Below, piece after piece: positions 32,873 to 43,093 of a DNA stretch of 64,000 nucleotides. The translations under genes were made by a program, and so were the position numbers. Where the stretch lies: the NCBI GenBank assembly GCA_963667015.2, contig CAXXJJ010000001.1:192001-256000 (forward strand), read 5' to 3'. The notes beneath the pieces were generated by a model. The model was not told the origin of the DNA. It saw only the letters and a list, made by a program, of their open reading frames with translations, and made no database searches. The stretch comes from Desulfatiglandales bacterium (GTDB lineage Bacteria > Desulfobacterota > DSM-4660 > Desulfatiglandales > HGW-15). How positions within the stretch are numbered: position 1 is the first letter of the stretch; every line of letters begins with the position of its first letter.

Positions 32873-33151
32873 ATGAATAAATTAACAAATATAATCCCTG
32901 TAAGTGATTTAAGGCAAGATGCAGCAAAGCTTCTGAAGCAATTGAATAAAAATAAAGATCCTTTGATTATTACTCAAAGAGGACGTGCTGCTGCTGTAAT
33001 GATTGGTGTTGAAGCTTATGAGGAATCCGAACAGAAAAAAGAGCTCCTTCGGCTTTTGGTCAAAGGAGATAAAGAAATTGAAATGGGTGAAGGGTATGAT
33101 TTAGATACTGTCCTCGGTGATGCTGACGCCCTTTTAGCCATGGAAACATAA
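32873..33151 (+). CDS. Phd/YefM-family antitoxin
   Basis: IIPVSDLRQDAAKLLKQL...PLIITQRGRAAAV; RBS AAGGAG. Confidence 0.9.
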   Translation: MNKLTNIIPVSDLRQDAAKLLKQLNKNKDPLIITQRGRAAAVMIGVEAYEESEQKKELLRLLVKGDKEIEMGEGYDLDTVLGDADALLAMET

Positions 33152-33484
33152 TGAAGGTAAAATTCACCCCTTCTGCGCGGAATCAATTTTTATCAGCCAT
33201 TAAATACATTCAAAGGGATAAACCATCAGCAGCGAAAAACTTTCGAAACAAGGCAGAAACAATTTTACTAAGACTTGAAGAGTTTCCAGACTCCGGAAGA
33301 GTGATATCTGAATTCCCGGAAATTACATATCGTGAAATTATTGTGCCGCCCTACCGATTTTTTTATAAAATAAAGGATGAACATTATCTGGATCGCCGCA
33401 GTATGGCATGGCGCACAACTTCCAAAGAAACCTAATCCTGACACCAAAAAATCCGCTACAGGAAAAAGCTTAAAACCACGCTGA
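33151..33484 (+). pseudogene. RelE/ParE toxin with a frameshift near the C-terminus
   Basis: Frame 1 reads ...YRFFYKIKD; the expected tail IIWIAAVWHGAQ lies in the +1 frame from about 33380. Confidence 0.75.
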
Positions 33485-33665
33485 ACAACATGTTACATGG
33501 TATAGACTTCTGCAATAAGCAACAATTATTGTCAAAGCAATAAAAAAGCCCCGTTGTCGCTACATTAAATATCCTAAGCGGTACTTAAGACTTCACGACA
33601 CATAGGGTTTATTTTTTTGTTCTTTTCCCGTATCCGGAAACAAGAAACCAGTATCTCAAAAAATG

Positions 33666-34121
33666 CTAATCCCCCATCTCAGCAAGATAATCATCAAGCA
33701 TGGTTTCGAGCCTGAGTTTATGTTTTGACTCTTCCTGGGCCAGTGCCTTAAACACCTTTTTATGGCCTTCGTCATCAGCCCTGTCAGCAAAATCCGAATA
33801 AAATTTAAAAGCCTTTTCTTCACGCTTTGCTGCAAGTCTTAAAATATCATCATATAACATGTCCGGTCTGTATTCCAGCTCAACAGTGTAATCACTTATT
33901 TTCAGATCCGGTATCTTCTTTTCCTTATAGTGCGCAAAATTGTCCTTTGAGAAATTTTCCAGCAGTTTCTGATGCCCGCGTTCTTCAAGGGCAAAACTCA
34001 AAAAAAGTTCCTTTGCCCCTGAAAAAGATGATTTTTCAGCTGCCTCGTTATAAAATTTTTCCGCATCCTTTTCCTTGTTTATGGCGTATTCCATGATATC
34101 TTCGAATGTTTCAAAATACAT
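33666..34121 (-). CDS. Ferritin-like (rubrerythrin-type) diiron protein
   Basis: Two ExxH motifs (EERGH, EESKH); start MYFETF after AAGGAG. Confidence 0.85.
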   Translation of the reverse strand: MYFETFEDIMEYAINKEKDAEKFYNEAAEKSSFSGAKELFLSFALEERGHQKLLENFSKDNFAHYKEKKIPDLKISDYTVELEYRPDMLYDDILRLAAKREEKAFKFYSDFADRADDEGHKKVFKALAQEESKHKLRLETMLDDYLAEMGD

Positions 34122-34217
34122 TGCGCTCTCCTTTACAGTGTGGACCTGATGGTGACTCCCTGTTAATATCGATTTGAAAAAAATTATAAAGCAATTGATC
34201 TCCCGGGTCAAGACCGG

Positions 34218-34958
34218 CTATAGGGTGTCAGATGAAATTATCTCACCCTGCCGGCTTATGACTACCCTGGTTATAGGTATCTGTTTTCCGGATTGTTCAA
34301 GGGCCTTTTTAACTATTACAGGCAATCCCTTGCAGCATGGTACCTCCATAACCGGGATTGTAATGCTTTTTATATCGGCAGTGTTAAAAATATCCGTAAA
34401 TTTCTGTATATACTCCTGGGCATTGTCAAACTTCGGGCACCCCATCATAACGGCCTTTCCGGTTATAAAATCCCTGTGAAGGCTCGCATAGGCAAGGGCT
34501 GCGCAGTCTGCAACAACGAGCAGATCAGCGCCCTTAAGAAATGGGGCATTGGGCGGAACCAGCCTTATCTGGACCGGCCAGTGTGAAAGGGCAGAAACAA
34601 CACTTTGCTGGTTTACCGGTTCATTTGCCTTTTTACAGCCTGTACCGGTTGTGAGGATCTGAGGTGCGGCAGAAGGGCATAGTACTTTGTTTTCCCCGGT
34701 ATCTTCGCTGTCCAGCTCCCTGAGTCTTTCCTCAACCGCCTTTTCATCAAAATCATCGGCTTCACGTTCTATTATTTTAAGGGCGCCGGTAGGGCATTCC
34801 CCAAGACATGCGCCAAGTCCGTCACAATAGACCTCAGCTACCAGCTTTGCCTTTCCGTCTATAATCTGCAGCGCACCTTCCGCGCACGAGGGGACGCACT
34901 GACCGCATCCATCACAGAGTTCTTCGTCTATTTCTATTATCTTCCTGTTTACCTTCAT
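34218..34958 (-). CDS. 4Fe-4S dicluster protein
   Basis: CDGCGQCVPSC, CDGLGACLGECP, WPVQI, GCPKFD, MEVPCC. Confidence 0.88.
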   Translation of the reverse strand: MKVNRKIIEIDEELCDGCGQCVPSCAEGALQIIDGKAKLVAEVYCDGLGACLGECPTGALKIIEREADDFDEKAVEERLRELDSEDTGENKVLCPSAAPQILTTGTGCKKANEPVNQQSVVSALSHWPVQIRLVPPNAPFLKGADLLVVADCAALAYASLHRDFITGKAVMMGCPKFDNAQEYIQKFTDIFNTADIKSITIPVMEVPCCKGLPVIVKKALEQSGKQIPITRVVISRQGEIISSDTL

Positions 34959-34970
34959 AATTATCTCCTT

Positions 34971-35699
34971 CTAATTTAAAAGAACCCTCTGTGCCAGGTT
35001 TCTTCCTGATTCAGTCAGGAATGAGGTTTCAATTATTTTTTGTATTCTCTCCGGATCCGACGCCACTTCCTTTTGGTTTTCTTCAAGGTTCGTGATCAGA
35101 TCAGCGTCATGAAGCACCCTGAAATTAACTGTTTCTGTTTCCATGGGATGATGGTGATGCCCTACGATATCGCATACTTCGTCAATCAGATCCTCTCCGG
35201 CACCGAGCCTTTCCAGTATCTCCCTTGCAACAGGAGGACCTTCCAGCTCCTGAAACCTCGCCGCGCTGCTGTTGTGCTTTCTCTCTGCTTCCTTGATTCC
35301 AATATCATGCAGATAGGCTGAGGGGAGTATAACCGAAAGATTTCCGCCCTCATTTTTTCCTATTTTTTCAGCATACCTGGCCACCCGGGTTGCATGCCCG
35401 ATCCTTTTAAAATCACGATTAAAATATCGCTTCATCTCTATCGCCACGCGATCCTTCAAAAGATCTTCCTTCTGCGCTATAAGTTCGGGAGGAAGATTTC
35501 CTATACACTGTTCTGCATATTTGCAGTACGAGGCACAGCCAAAATCCATCCCCGGGTTTAAAAACCTGTGTCCGCATTTTTTGCATTTTCTTGAGGTATC
35601 ATCCTTAAAAAATTCAACATCCGCACCGCATTCAGGGCATTTTGTCTCAAAGATCGCATCATGCTGCCAGTATCTGCTATCCTGTCCGGGACATTTCAT
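34971..35699 (-). CDS. HD-domain phosphohydrolase with N-terminal Cys-rich domain
   Basis: MKCPGQD..CPECG..CKKCG..CASYC; YLHDIG; HDAD; RBS AGGAGG. Confidence 0.88.
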   Translation of the reverse strand: MKCPGQDSRYWQHDAIFETKCPECGADVEFFKDDTSRKCKKCGHRFLNPGMDFGCASYCKYAEQCIGNLPPELIAQKEDLLKDRVAIEMKRYFNRDFKRIGHATRVARYAEKIGKNEGGNLSVILPSAYLHDIGIKEAERKHNSSAARFQELEGPPVAREILERLGAGEDLIDEVCDIVGHHHHPMETETVNFRVLHDADLITNLEENQKEVASDPERIQKIIETSFLTESGRNLAQRVLLN

Positions 35700-35913
35700 A
35701 TCAAACCTCCTGATCATCAATTTATATGCATAATAATCTATCCAGGATTTCCTGTCCTTGATTCAGGTCAAAAACCTCGCTTTTTTCCAGGATTTCCTCA
35801 ATGCCGAAGGTCTCCGGGATTTCCACAGCCAGCCTCGGATGCCGGCCCAGTTTTCCCACTATCAGAATCTTGAACCCTTTTTATATTTATAATCATTTAT
35901 TTCCAAAGATACA

Positions 35914-35927
35914 TTGATCTGAGTCAA
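35914..35927. promoter_or_regulatory. Crp/Fnr-like box in the divergent intergenic region
   Basis: TTGAT-CTGA-GTCAA, one mismatch to TTGAT-N4-ATCAA. Confidence 0.35.
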
Positions 35928-36053
35928 ATTGTCCCTGACCTGCAGATTAGCTGATTAATAATCTTATCCCTTTAATTTGACCTACTTACACTCTAATGCT
36001 ATATTGACTCGCCTACATAACAAAGCGGAATATCTTTAGCATTTGGTATAAAT

Positions 36054-37436
36054 ATGAGACCAGTAACTGAACTTCTTGACTCCAACGATTTCCTTAAGAA
36101 CCTTTTTGAATCCCTCCCGTGCGGGGTCCTGATAATGGACAGGGAAAGAAGAGTTCAGGCAGTAAATAATACCCTTGAACGCGCATTCGGGATTCGTCTT
36201 TCCGAAGTTATCAACCGAAGAGGCGGTGAGATTCTGAAATGTGTCCATGCATCTGCCACTGATAAAGGATGCGGATATTCGGATGAATGCAGTGAATGCG
36301 GGATACGCCTTACAGCGCTGGAAGCTATCTCAGGACGTAAGATAGAAAGGAACAGGGCCAGGACACGGTTATATCTCAATAATGTTGAAACAAACCTTGA
36401 TTTCCTGATAAGCGCTGCCCCCCTTGATCATGACGGCGAACGTCTTGCAATAGTAATCCTTGAAGATATAACCGAACTGAATGAACTTAAAAAACGTTTA
36501 AAGGCAGAGACAAGTTTTGCCGGCATCATAAGCCGCGACTCGCTTATGAACGACCTTTTCAGTACCATCAAGGATGTTGCAGATGTCAATGTACCTGTAC
36601 TTATTCAGGGCGAGAGCGGCACAGGAAAGGAACTTGTGGCCTCTGCCATACACACCGAGGGAAACAGGTCCAAAAAATCCTTTGTTCCGGTCAACTGCGC
36701 AGCCCTTCCCGAAGGCATTCTTGAAAGTGAATTGTTCGGTCATGAAAAAGGTGCCTTTACAGGGGCCATAAAGGACAAGAAGGGCAGGTTTGAACTTGCC
36801 GACGGGGGCACCCTTTTTCTGGATGAGGTGGGAGAACTGCCCAGAACCGTACAGGCAAAATTGTTGAGAGTCCTGCAGGAAGGCCGGTTTGAAAGGGTAG
36901 GGGCCGAAAGATCCAAAAAGGTTGATGTAAGGATTATCAGTGCAACAAACCGTGACCTCAAAACCGAGGTAAAAAAAGGAAATTTCAGGCAGGACCTTTA
37001 CTATCGTCTTGCTGTTGTGCCCGTGATTCTGCCTCCGCTTAAACAGCGAAGAGATGATATTCCTCTCCTTGTGGACCACTTTCTCAACCTCTTTACCGAG
37101 GATGGCAGGACGTACAGGGCCAGTATTTCAGATAATGCCCTTTCCATATTGATGGATTATCCCTGGCCCGGGAATGTGAGGGAACTCCAAAGTGCTGTAA
37201 GGTTTGCCCTTGTTAAATCAAGAGGTAAACAGATTCGCGCTAATCATCTGCCCTTTGAACTTCAGGAGTGGCAAAACCCGGGACCGGCAAGGGGTCCTTC
37301 CAGAAAACTTGATATGGACAGGGTAAAAGATGCCCTGGAAAAAAGCGGGGGAAACAAGGCAAAGGCGGCCAGATTTCTGGGAGTGGGCCGGGCAACTCTT
37401 TATCGTTTCCTGATGGATTTTAAAAATGTCTCATGA
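36054..37436 (+). CDS. Sigma-54-dependent activator (PAS-AAA+-Fis HTH)
   Basis: GESGTGKE, ESELFGHEKGAFTGA, FLDEVGE, WPGNVREL; Cys-rich PAS region. Confidence 0.95.
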   Translation: MRPVTELLDSNDFLKNLFESLPCGVLIMDRERRVQAVNNTLERAFGIRLSEVINRRGGEILKCVHASATDKGCGYSDECSECGIRLTALEAISGRKIERNRARTRLYLNNVETNLDFLISAAPLDHDGERLAIVILEDITELNELKKRLKAETSFAGIISRDSLMNDLFSTIKDVADVNVPVLIQGESGTGKELVASAIHTEGNRSKKSFVPVNCAALPEGILESELFGHEKGAFTGAIKDKKGRFELADGGTLFLDEVGELPRTVQAKLLRVLQEGRFERVGAERSKKVDVRIISATNRDLKTEVKKGNFRQDLYYRLAVVPVILPPLKQRRDDIPLLVDHFLNLFTEDGRTYRASISDNALSILMDYPWPGNVRELQSAVRFALVKSRGKQIRANHLPFELQEWQNPGPARGPSRKLDMDRVKDALEKSGGNKAKAARFLGVGRATLYRFLMDFKNVS

Positions 37437-37442
37437 TACAAT

Positions 37443-37470
37443 ACCGTCTCAAATTATAATTTGAGACGGT
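37443..37470. promoter_or_regulatory. Perfect 28-bp palindrome (candidate activator site or terminator)
   Basis: ACCGTCTCAAATTATAATTTGAGACGGT; related GTCTC/GAGAC half-sites near 37427 and 37679-37707. Confidence 0.55.
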
Positions 37471-37779
37471 TCATTCTAGATTAAAAATACTTGCTCTATT
37501 TTTAAAAAATAAAGTCTTTACCTGATTCCAATTCTTTTCAGCAATCTATATCCTACTAACATTCTGTTTTATTAAATGTTTTTAATTTTATTTGCTGCGA
37601 TATTTTTTAAATTGTAACTTCATCTTCCAGCGGTTTTTAGTCCTGTCAGTTATTTACAGGAAAAATGAGGCCTAAAAGTGTCTCAGGTTTTTTCACATGA
37701 AGAGACATGAATATTTCAGCTGAAAATATAACGCTCTGATATTATAAGGTATTTTTTGTAAGGTATTTTAAGCTGATTC

Positions 37780-37795
37780 TGGCACACATATTGAT
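37780..37795 (+). promoter_or_regulatory. Sigma-54 (-24/-12) promoter
   Basis: TGGCAC-ACATA-TTGAT versus consensus TGGCAC-N5-TTGC; directly downstream of a sigma-54 activator gene. Confidence 0.65.
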
Positions 37796-37831
37796 ATTAG
37801 TATAGGGAAAAATCAAATAAAGGTGCCCTTT

Positions 37832-38032
37832 ATGAAGCCATGTGATGAAAGTATTAAAAAGGTAATTGAACTGGCAGATAAAATGCTCAACCTTTCGGAT
37901 GAGGGAGACGCTGTCAGGGAGGATACCAATTGCGGGGTACTCTATGGAGTCATAAGAGATTCCGCATACAGGATAAAAAGAATGGCTGAAGATGAAAGGG
38001 ATGCCCATATAAAAAAGGGCTGGTGGAAATAG
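37832..38032 (+). CDS. Small hypothetical protein
   Basis: 66 aa, GDAVREDTNCGVLYGVIRDSAY; first gene after the promoter. Confidence 0.75.
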   Translation: MKPCDESIKKVIELADKMLNLSDEGDAVREDTNCGVLYGVIRDSAYRIKRMAEDERDAHIKKGWWK

Positions 38033-38053
38033 AATAACGAGCGGGAGGAATCG

Positions 38054-38269
38054 ATGTCTCAACCGAAAGATATGTGGCAATGCCAGACAACCAACTGCGG
38101 ATATATTTATGATCCGGACAGAGGAGACAGGAAAGGGAAGATTCAGAAAGGTGTAAAATTTGAAGATCTTCCTGATGACTGGAAATGTCCTGTCTGCGGA
38201 GCGAGTAAAAAATGTTTCAAATCATTGGCAGTAGATGGGGCTTACGATAGCGAGGCCTGCGAGAGATAA
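38054..38269 (+). CDS. Rubredoxin
   Basis: [12 protein letters not shown]...[15 protein letters not shown]. Confidence 0.92.
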   Translation: MSQPKDMWQCQTTNCGYIYDPDRGDRKGKIQKGVKFEDLPDDWKCPVCGASKKCFKSLAVDGAYDSEACER

Positions 38270-38391
38270 ACCATTAGCTTTTCTTGACACAGATTATTAT
38301 GTGATTACTAGTAATATTCTATAATATTTAAAATCCCATAATTTTAAAAATAAAACTAACAATTTAAACGAACAAATTAAAGGAGGAAAGA

Positions 38392-38967
38392 ATGACAAGT
38401 TTAAAAGGAACCAGAACCGAGAAAAACCTGCTCACAGCATTTGCAGGCGAATCACAGGCGAGAAACCGCTACACCTTTTTTGCAAGCAAGGCAAAAAAAG
38501 AGGGCTATGAACAGATGTCCTTTATTTTTACAGAAACAGCAAACCAGGAAAAGGAACATGCCGAAAGGCTTTTCAAATTTCTTGAAGGTGGAGAGGTTGA
38601 GATCTCGGCGGGTTTTCCAGCAGGTGTTATCGGGACCACTCTTGAGAACCTGAAGGCTTCGGCAGCCGGTGAACATTATGAACAGACAGAGATGTACCCT
38701 GAGTTTGCAAAGATCGCGGATGAAGAAGGATTCAAGGAGATTGCGGTTGTCTTCAGAAACATCGCAGTTGCAGAAAGGCAGCATGAAAAGAGATATAATG
38801 ATCTGGCAGCAAATATTGAAAATGACAGGGTCTTTAAAAGAGACGAAGAAGTGGTCTGGCGCTGCAGAAACTGCGGGTTCCTTTATACCTCAACAAAGGC
38901 CCCTGAAGAATGCCCGGCCTGCGCCCATCCCAAGGCCTATTTTGAACTGCTTGGCGAAAACTATTAA
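38392..38967 (+). CDS. rbr: Rubrerythrin
   Basis: AFAGESQARNRY, EKEH, ERQH, CRNCG/CPAC. Confidence 0.96.
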   Translation: MTSLKGTRTEKNLLTAFAGESQARNRYTFFASKAKKEGYEQMSFIFTETANQEKEHAERLFKFLEGGEVEISAGFPAGVIGTTLENLKASAAGEHYEQTEMYPEFAKIADEEGFKEIAVVFRNIAVAERQHEKRYNDLAANIENDRVFKRDEEVVWRCRNCGFLYTSTKAPEECPACAHPKAYFELLGENY

Positions 38968-39043
38968 TTCAAGTGTCCACTGCTGCTTTATGCGTTTTAT
39001 AGGGGGCAGCAGACATAATTAATTTTATCGAAAGGAATTTCAA

Positions 39044-39559
39044 ATGTCTGAACGCACCGGAATCATCACCATGCACGGAAAGCCCCTTATCCTTAAAGGA
39101 AATGAAGTTAAGGCAGGAGACCCTGCGCCGGACGCAACCCTGCTAGATAACGACTTAAACCCGGTAACAATTTCATCTTACAGGGGAAAGGTATGCGTTA
39201 TTTCATCCGTTCCCTCACTTGATACCCCTGTCTGTGATCTCGAAACCAGGAGATTTAACCAGGAGGCAGAAGCTTTGGGAAATGATGTTGTGATCCTTAC
39301 AGTCAGCATGGATCTGCCCTTTGCCCAGAAGAGATGGTGCGGAGCAGCCGGTGTGGAGAGGGTTATCACATTGTCGGACCATCGTGATGCCTCTTTCGGA
39401 GAGGCCTATGGAATGCTGGTCAAGGAACTGCGCCTGCTTGCCAGGGCTGTTCACGTGATAGACCGGGAAGGAGTGGTCAGGTATATTCAGATTGTTAATG
39501 AAATGTCTGAAGAACCTGATTACGCTGAGGTAATCAATGAAATTAAGAAGCTGGTTTAA
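39044..39559 (+). CDS. tpx: Thiol peroxidase
   Basis: VPSLDTPVC, SMDLPFAQKRWC. Confidence 0.95.
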   Translation: MSERTGIITMHGKPLILKGNEVKAGDPAPDATLLDNDLNPVTISSYRGKVCVISSVPSLDTPVCDLETRRFNQEAEALGNDVVILTVSMDLPFAQKRWCGAAGVERVITLSDHRDASFGEAYGMLVKELRLLARAVHVIDREGVVRYIQIVNEMSEEPDYAEVINEIKKLV

Positions 39560-39603
39560 ACATACTTTAATACTTAACAATATTACAAAAGGAGGATTAT
39601 AGA

Positions 39604-39978
39604 ATGGCTGAAAAATTGGAAATTTATAAATGTGAAGCGTGCGGAAATATCGTTGAAGTATTACATGGCGGAGCGGGAGAACTGGTATGCTGCGGAGAGC
39701 CCATGAAGCTGTACACAGAGAACACGGTTGATGCAGCCAAGGAAAAACATGTACCCGTGATAGAAAAAATAGACGGTGGTTACAAGGTATCCGTAGGAAG
39801 CGTGGCACACCCCATGGAAGAAAAACACTACATTGAATGGATCGAAATTATAGCAGACGGCAAGGCATACAGGAAGTTCCTTAATCCGGGAGATGCACCG
39901 GAGGCCACCTTCATGATAGATGCAGCACAAATTACGGCAAGGGAATACTGCAATATGCACGGATTATGGAAGGCATAA
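39604..39978 (+). CDS. dfx: Desulfoferrodoxin (superoxide reductase)
   Basis: [31 protein letters not shown]. Confidence 0.96.
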   Translation: MAEKLEIYKCEACGNIVEVLHGGAGELVCCGEPMKLYTENTVDAAKEKHVPVIEKIDGGYKVSVGSVAHPMEEKHYIEWIEIIADGKAYRKFLNPGDAPEATFMIDAAQITAREYCNMHGLWKA

Positions 39979-40010
39979 TAAAACATTAAGAGATTCGGAG
40001 GTATAAAAGC

Positions 40011-40442
40011 ATGGCAAGAGTCCTGATAGTATATGCTACCCGAAGCGGAGAAACAGAAGCAATTGCAAAACTTGTTGCCGAGGGAATAAGATTTACCGGA
40101 GCAGAGGCAAAACTCGTCAATGTCACGGATATAAAAAAGGAAGCCGACCTGGAAGGATATGACGGCTATCTGTTTGGTTCTGCCACATACCACGGCGGTA
40201 TGATGCAGGGTATGAAAACAATGCTGTTTCTTGCGGAAAAGGCAAATCTTGAGGGAAAGGCTGGCGGTGCCTTTGGCGCCTTCGGATGGAGCGGAGAAGC
40301 TCCCGACCGTATCTTTGATACCATGAAAAATATCTTTAAGATGGATATGGTCAAGGAACCTCTCCGATTAAAATCAGCATCCCTGGGAGGGGGAACACAG
40401 ATGGCCCAGGATTATGGCCGTGAGATAGGAAAAAAACTTTAA
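40011..40442 (+). CDS. Flavodoxin-domain protein
   Basis: YATRSGET, GSATYHG, FGAFGWSGEA. Confidence 0.9.
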   Translation: MARVLIVYATRSGETEAIAKLVAEGIRFTGAEAKLVNVTDIKKEADLEGYDGYLFGSATYHGGMMQGMKTMLFLAEKANLEGKAGGAFGAFGWSGEAPDRIFDTMKNIFKMDMVKEPLRLKSASLGGGTQMAQDYGREIGKKL

Positions 40443-40466
40443 TAATAGAGAATGAGGAGACCTGTT

Positions 40467-40652
40467 ATGACAACACCACAGCATTGTCCCGGTTTTAATG
40501 ACATAAAAAATCTTAAGTCATTTGTCTGTAAATGTCCAAATTGCGGAAAGGAAAAGGAAATCTTTTCTGATGAGTTCAACAGGACACACGTCTGCTCAGG
40601 ATGCGACAAGGAGATTGATTTTACTCAATGTACACTTGAGTCAGAGGCCTAG
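40467..40652 (+). CDS. Small Cys-rich (Zn-ribbon-like) protein
   Basis: HCPG..CKCPNCG..EIFSDE..CSGC..C; RBS GAGGAG. Confidence 0.75.
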   Translation: MTTPQHCPGFNDIKNLKSFVCKCPNCGKEKEIFSDEFNRTHVCSGCDKEIDFTQCTLESEA

Positions 40653-40689
40653 TTTTTATTTGTAATAACCAATTATTACCGGTGTAAGA

Positions 40690-40914
40690 ATGAAAAAATT
40701 TGAATACAGGATAACAAAACATCCGGCAGATGAGTTTAAGCATGTTGGTTTTTTCTGCACTGATCAGGGGGATTGCAGCCTTGAACAATTGCCTGAAGAT
40801 CAGCTTTCTGTACTTGGCGGCATACTCAATGAAAACGGTGCTCAGGGGTGGGAGCTGGTGCAGTTGAATTTTGGCAGTGACGGGGTAATAGGCTTCTGGA
40901 AAAAGGAGATATAA
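40690..40914 (+). CDS. DUF4177-like small protein
   Basis: MKKFEY...LNENGAQGWELVQ...FWKKE. Confidence 0.7.
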   Translation: MKKFEYRITKHPADEFKHVGFFCTDQGDCSLEQLPEDQLSVLGGILNENGAQGWELVQLNFGSDGVIGFWKKEI

Positions 40915-40986
40915 ACCGGAGAATATTACTCTGCAGGGGTCTGGCAAAAAGGAGGGCCAATCTTAAATTTAAGGAGATAACGGCGC

Positions 40987-42963
40987 ATGGATAATGAAAA
41001 AAAAGAAAAAGATAAACAGGTGCTGCTGAACATCAGGGACGTAACAGCCTGTGACGCAACCGCACAGATGTTAAAGAAGGCTGAGAGGGATGGCGTCGAA
41101 ACCGCCTTTCACAGGGCTGCCACCATGAAGGCGTGCCCTATTGGCGCTGATTCGGCCTGCTGTAAACATTGCTCCATGGGACCCTGCAGACTTGTCTCAA
41201 AGGATCCCTATGGTAAAGTGGGTGTTTGCGGGGCAACGATTGATACGATTCAGGCAAGAAATTTTGCCAGGATGGTTGCAAGCGGGGCCGCGGCACACAC
41301 GGATCATGGCATGAGCATGCTGGATCTGTTCAGGGAAGTAGTAAGCGGCAAAATAAAGGAATACACGATAAAGGACAGCTTCAAGCTTGAGGCGGTTGCC
41401 GAGGAAATCGGCATTGATGTAAAAGGTAGAGACGTGGAAGACATTGCCATGGACCTCTACAAGGAGCTTGAAAGGACCTACACCCAGGTTGAAGGGGAAA
41501 TCCCCTTTGCAAAAAGGGTTCCTGAAAAGACCCTTGAAACATGGAGAAAGAACGGGGTTGTCCCGAGGGGCGCAATGCGGGAAATAATGGAGCTTATGCA
41601 CCGAACACACATGGGTGTGGACCAGGATTATAACAATATAACAAAGCAGTGCAGCCGAACAGCCCTCTCAGACGGTTGGGGGGGGTCAATGGTGGCCACT
41701 GAAATTTCCGATATCCTTTTCGGGACACCTACACCGGTAAAGGCTGAAGTAAATATGGGCTGCCTCAAGGAAAAAGAGGTAAACATCATTATTCACGGCC
41801 ATGAACCCAACCTCTTTGAATCAATGCTTTCCTCGGTTAATGATCCCGGGCTTATTGAGGCTGCAAAGGAGGCCGGTGCCGAAGGAATCAACCTGGTAGG
41901 TATGTGCTGTTCCGGCGCAGAAATGATTTCACGTCATGGTATCCCTCATGCAGGCAACTTCATGTCTACCGAGACAATCCTTGTAACAGGTGCTGTTGAT
42001 GCAATGGGTGTTGATGTGCAGTGTATAAAACAGGGGCTTGCCAAGGTCGCTGACTGTTACGGGACCAAGCTTTTTACAACCAATCCCAGGTGCCATATTG
42101 AAGGTGTTGAGCACATAGAGTTCCATGAACATGTACCCAGGGAATGTACTGATGCAATAGTAGAAAATGCTATTATCAGATTTAAAAACCGCAGCATGCC
42201 CATTGAGATCCCCAATATCAGAAATGCCGGTATACACGGCTTTTCACACGAATATATCAACTATATGCTTGGCGGTACTTTCAGGGGATCATATACACCT
42301 CTTAATGATAACATAATAAACGGCAGAATACGCGGTGTAGCAGGGGTTGTGGGATGTACCAATCCCAGGGTAAAACAGGATTATGTCCATGTGGAGCTGG
42401 TCAAGGAACTGATAAAAAATGATGTTCTTGTTGTCCAGACAGGTTGTTCACAGATAGCCCTTGCAAAGGCAGGGCTCTATACACCTGAGGCAGCTCATCT
42501 CGCTGGACCCGGCCTGAGCGAGGTATGTGAAACAGTCGGTATGCCGCCGGTGCTTGGCCTTGGCTCATGCGTTGATAACAGCAGGATACTTATTGCATGC
42601 TCTGAGATGGTCAGGGCAGGAGGTCTTGGGGAGAGCATAGCCGATCTTCCGGTTGCGGGTGCCGCCCCCGAATGGATGAGCGAAAAGGCGATTTCCATCG
42701 GACATTACTTTGTTGCATCCGGCGTATATACTGTTTTTGGCGTCACATATCCGATTATTGAAGGGACAAAATTTCAAAAGTTGCTTTTTGATGGTCTTGA
42801 GGAGATGGGTTTCGGGAAGTGGGGTTTTGCAGTTGATCCATATGAAATGGCACATATGATGATCGCTCATATCGATAAAAAGAGAAAGGCTCTGGGTATT
42901 GACAAGGCAAGAGGCAGGGTGCTTATGGATATGGCTGACAGGCAGAAACTTGATGCAGGGTAA
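40987..42963 (+). CDS. cooS: Anaerobic Ni,Fe carbon monoxide dehydrogenase catalytic subunit
   Basis: CCKHCSMGPC, HTDH, HGHEP, GMCCSG, VDVQC, VVGC, TGC, GSCVD, EWMSEKA. Confidence 0.95.
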   Translation: MDNEKKEKDKQVLLNIRDVTACDATAQMLKKAERDGVETAFHRAATMKACPIGADSACCKHCSMGPCRLVSKDPYGKVGVCGATIDTIQARNFARMVASGAAAHTDHGMSMLDLFREVVSGKIKEYTIKDSFKLEAVAEEIGIDVKGRDVEDIAMDLYKELERTYTQVEGEIPFAKRVPEKTLETWRKNGVVPRGAMREIMELMHRTHMGVDQDYNNITKQCSRTALSDGWGGSMVATEISDILFGTPTPVKAEVNMGCLKEKEVNIIIHGHEPNLFESMLSSVNDPGLIEAAKEAGAEGINLVGMCCSGAEMISRHGIPHAGNFMSTETILVTGAVDAMGVDVQCIKQGLAKVADCYGTKLFTTNPRCHIEGVEHIEFHEHVPRECTDAIVENAIIRFKNRSMPIEIPNIRNAGIHGFSHEYINYMLGGTFRGSYTPLNDNIINGRIRGVAGVVGCTNPRVKQDYVHVELVKELIKNDVLVVQTGCSQIALAKAGLYTPEAAHLAGPGLSEVCETVGMPPVLGLGSCVDNSRILIACSEMVRAGGLGESIADLPVAGAAPEWMSEKAISIGHYFVASGVYTVFGVTYPIIEGTKFQKLLFDGLEEMGFGKWGFAVDPYEMAHMMIAHIDKKRKALGIDKARGRVLMDMADRQKLDAG

Positions 42964-42973
42964 AAACATATGA

Positions 42974-43000
42974 GCTGTCCCCGATAAACTGCGGGGCAGC
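42974..43000 (+). terminator. Hairpin after cooS
   Basis: GCTGTCCCCG-ATAAACTG-CGGGGCAGC; no strong U-tract. Confidence 0.35.
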
Positions 43001-43093
43001 AAACCCTGAGTTTTACAATAAAATAGTTGATCTTAATTTAAATTATAAATAGTATTTATTAATCATAAACCCAAAATATGGAGGATGACTTGT

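Noticed and set aside
33541..33618. Long imperfect hairpin between the RelE and ferritin genes as attC or ncRNA
   Set aside because: It lacks AAC/GTT cores at attC spacing; more likely a bidirectional terminator.
38284..38330. PerR/Fur box upstream of rubrerythrin
   Set aside because: TTGACA and the palindrome ATTACTAGTAAT are present, but the match is partial in very AT-rich DNA and not enough to call.
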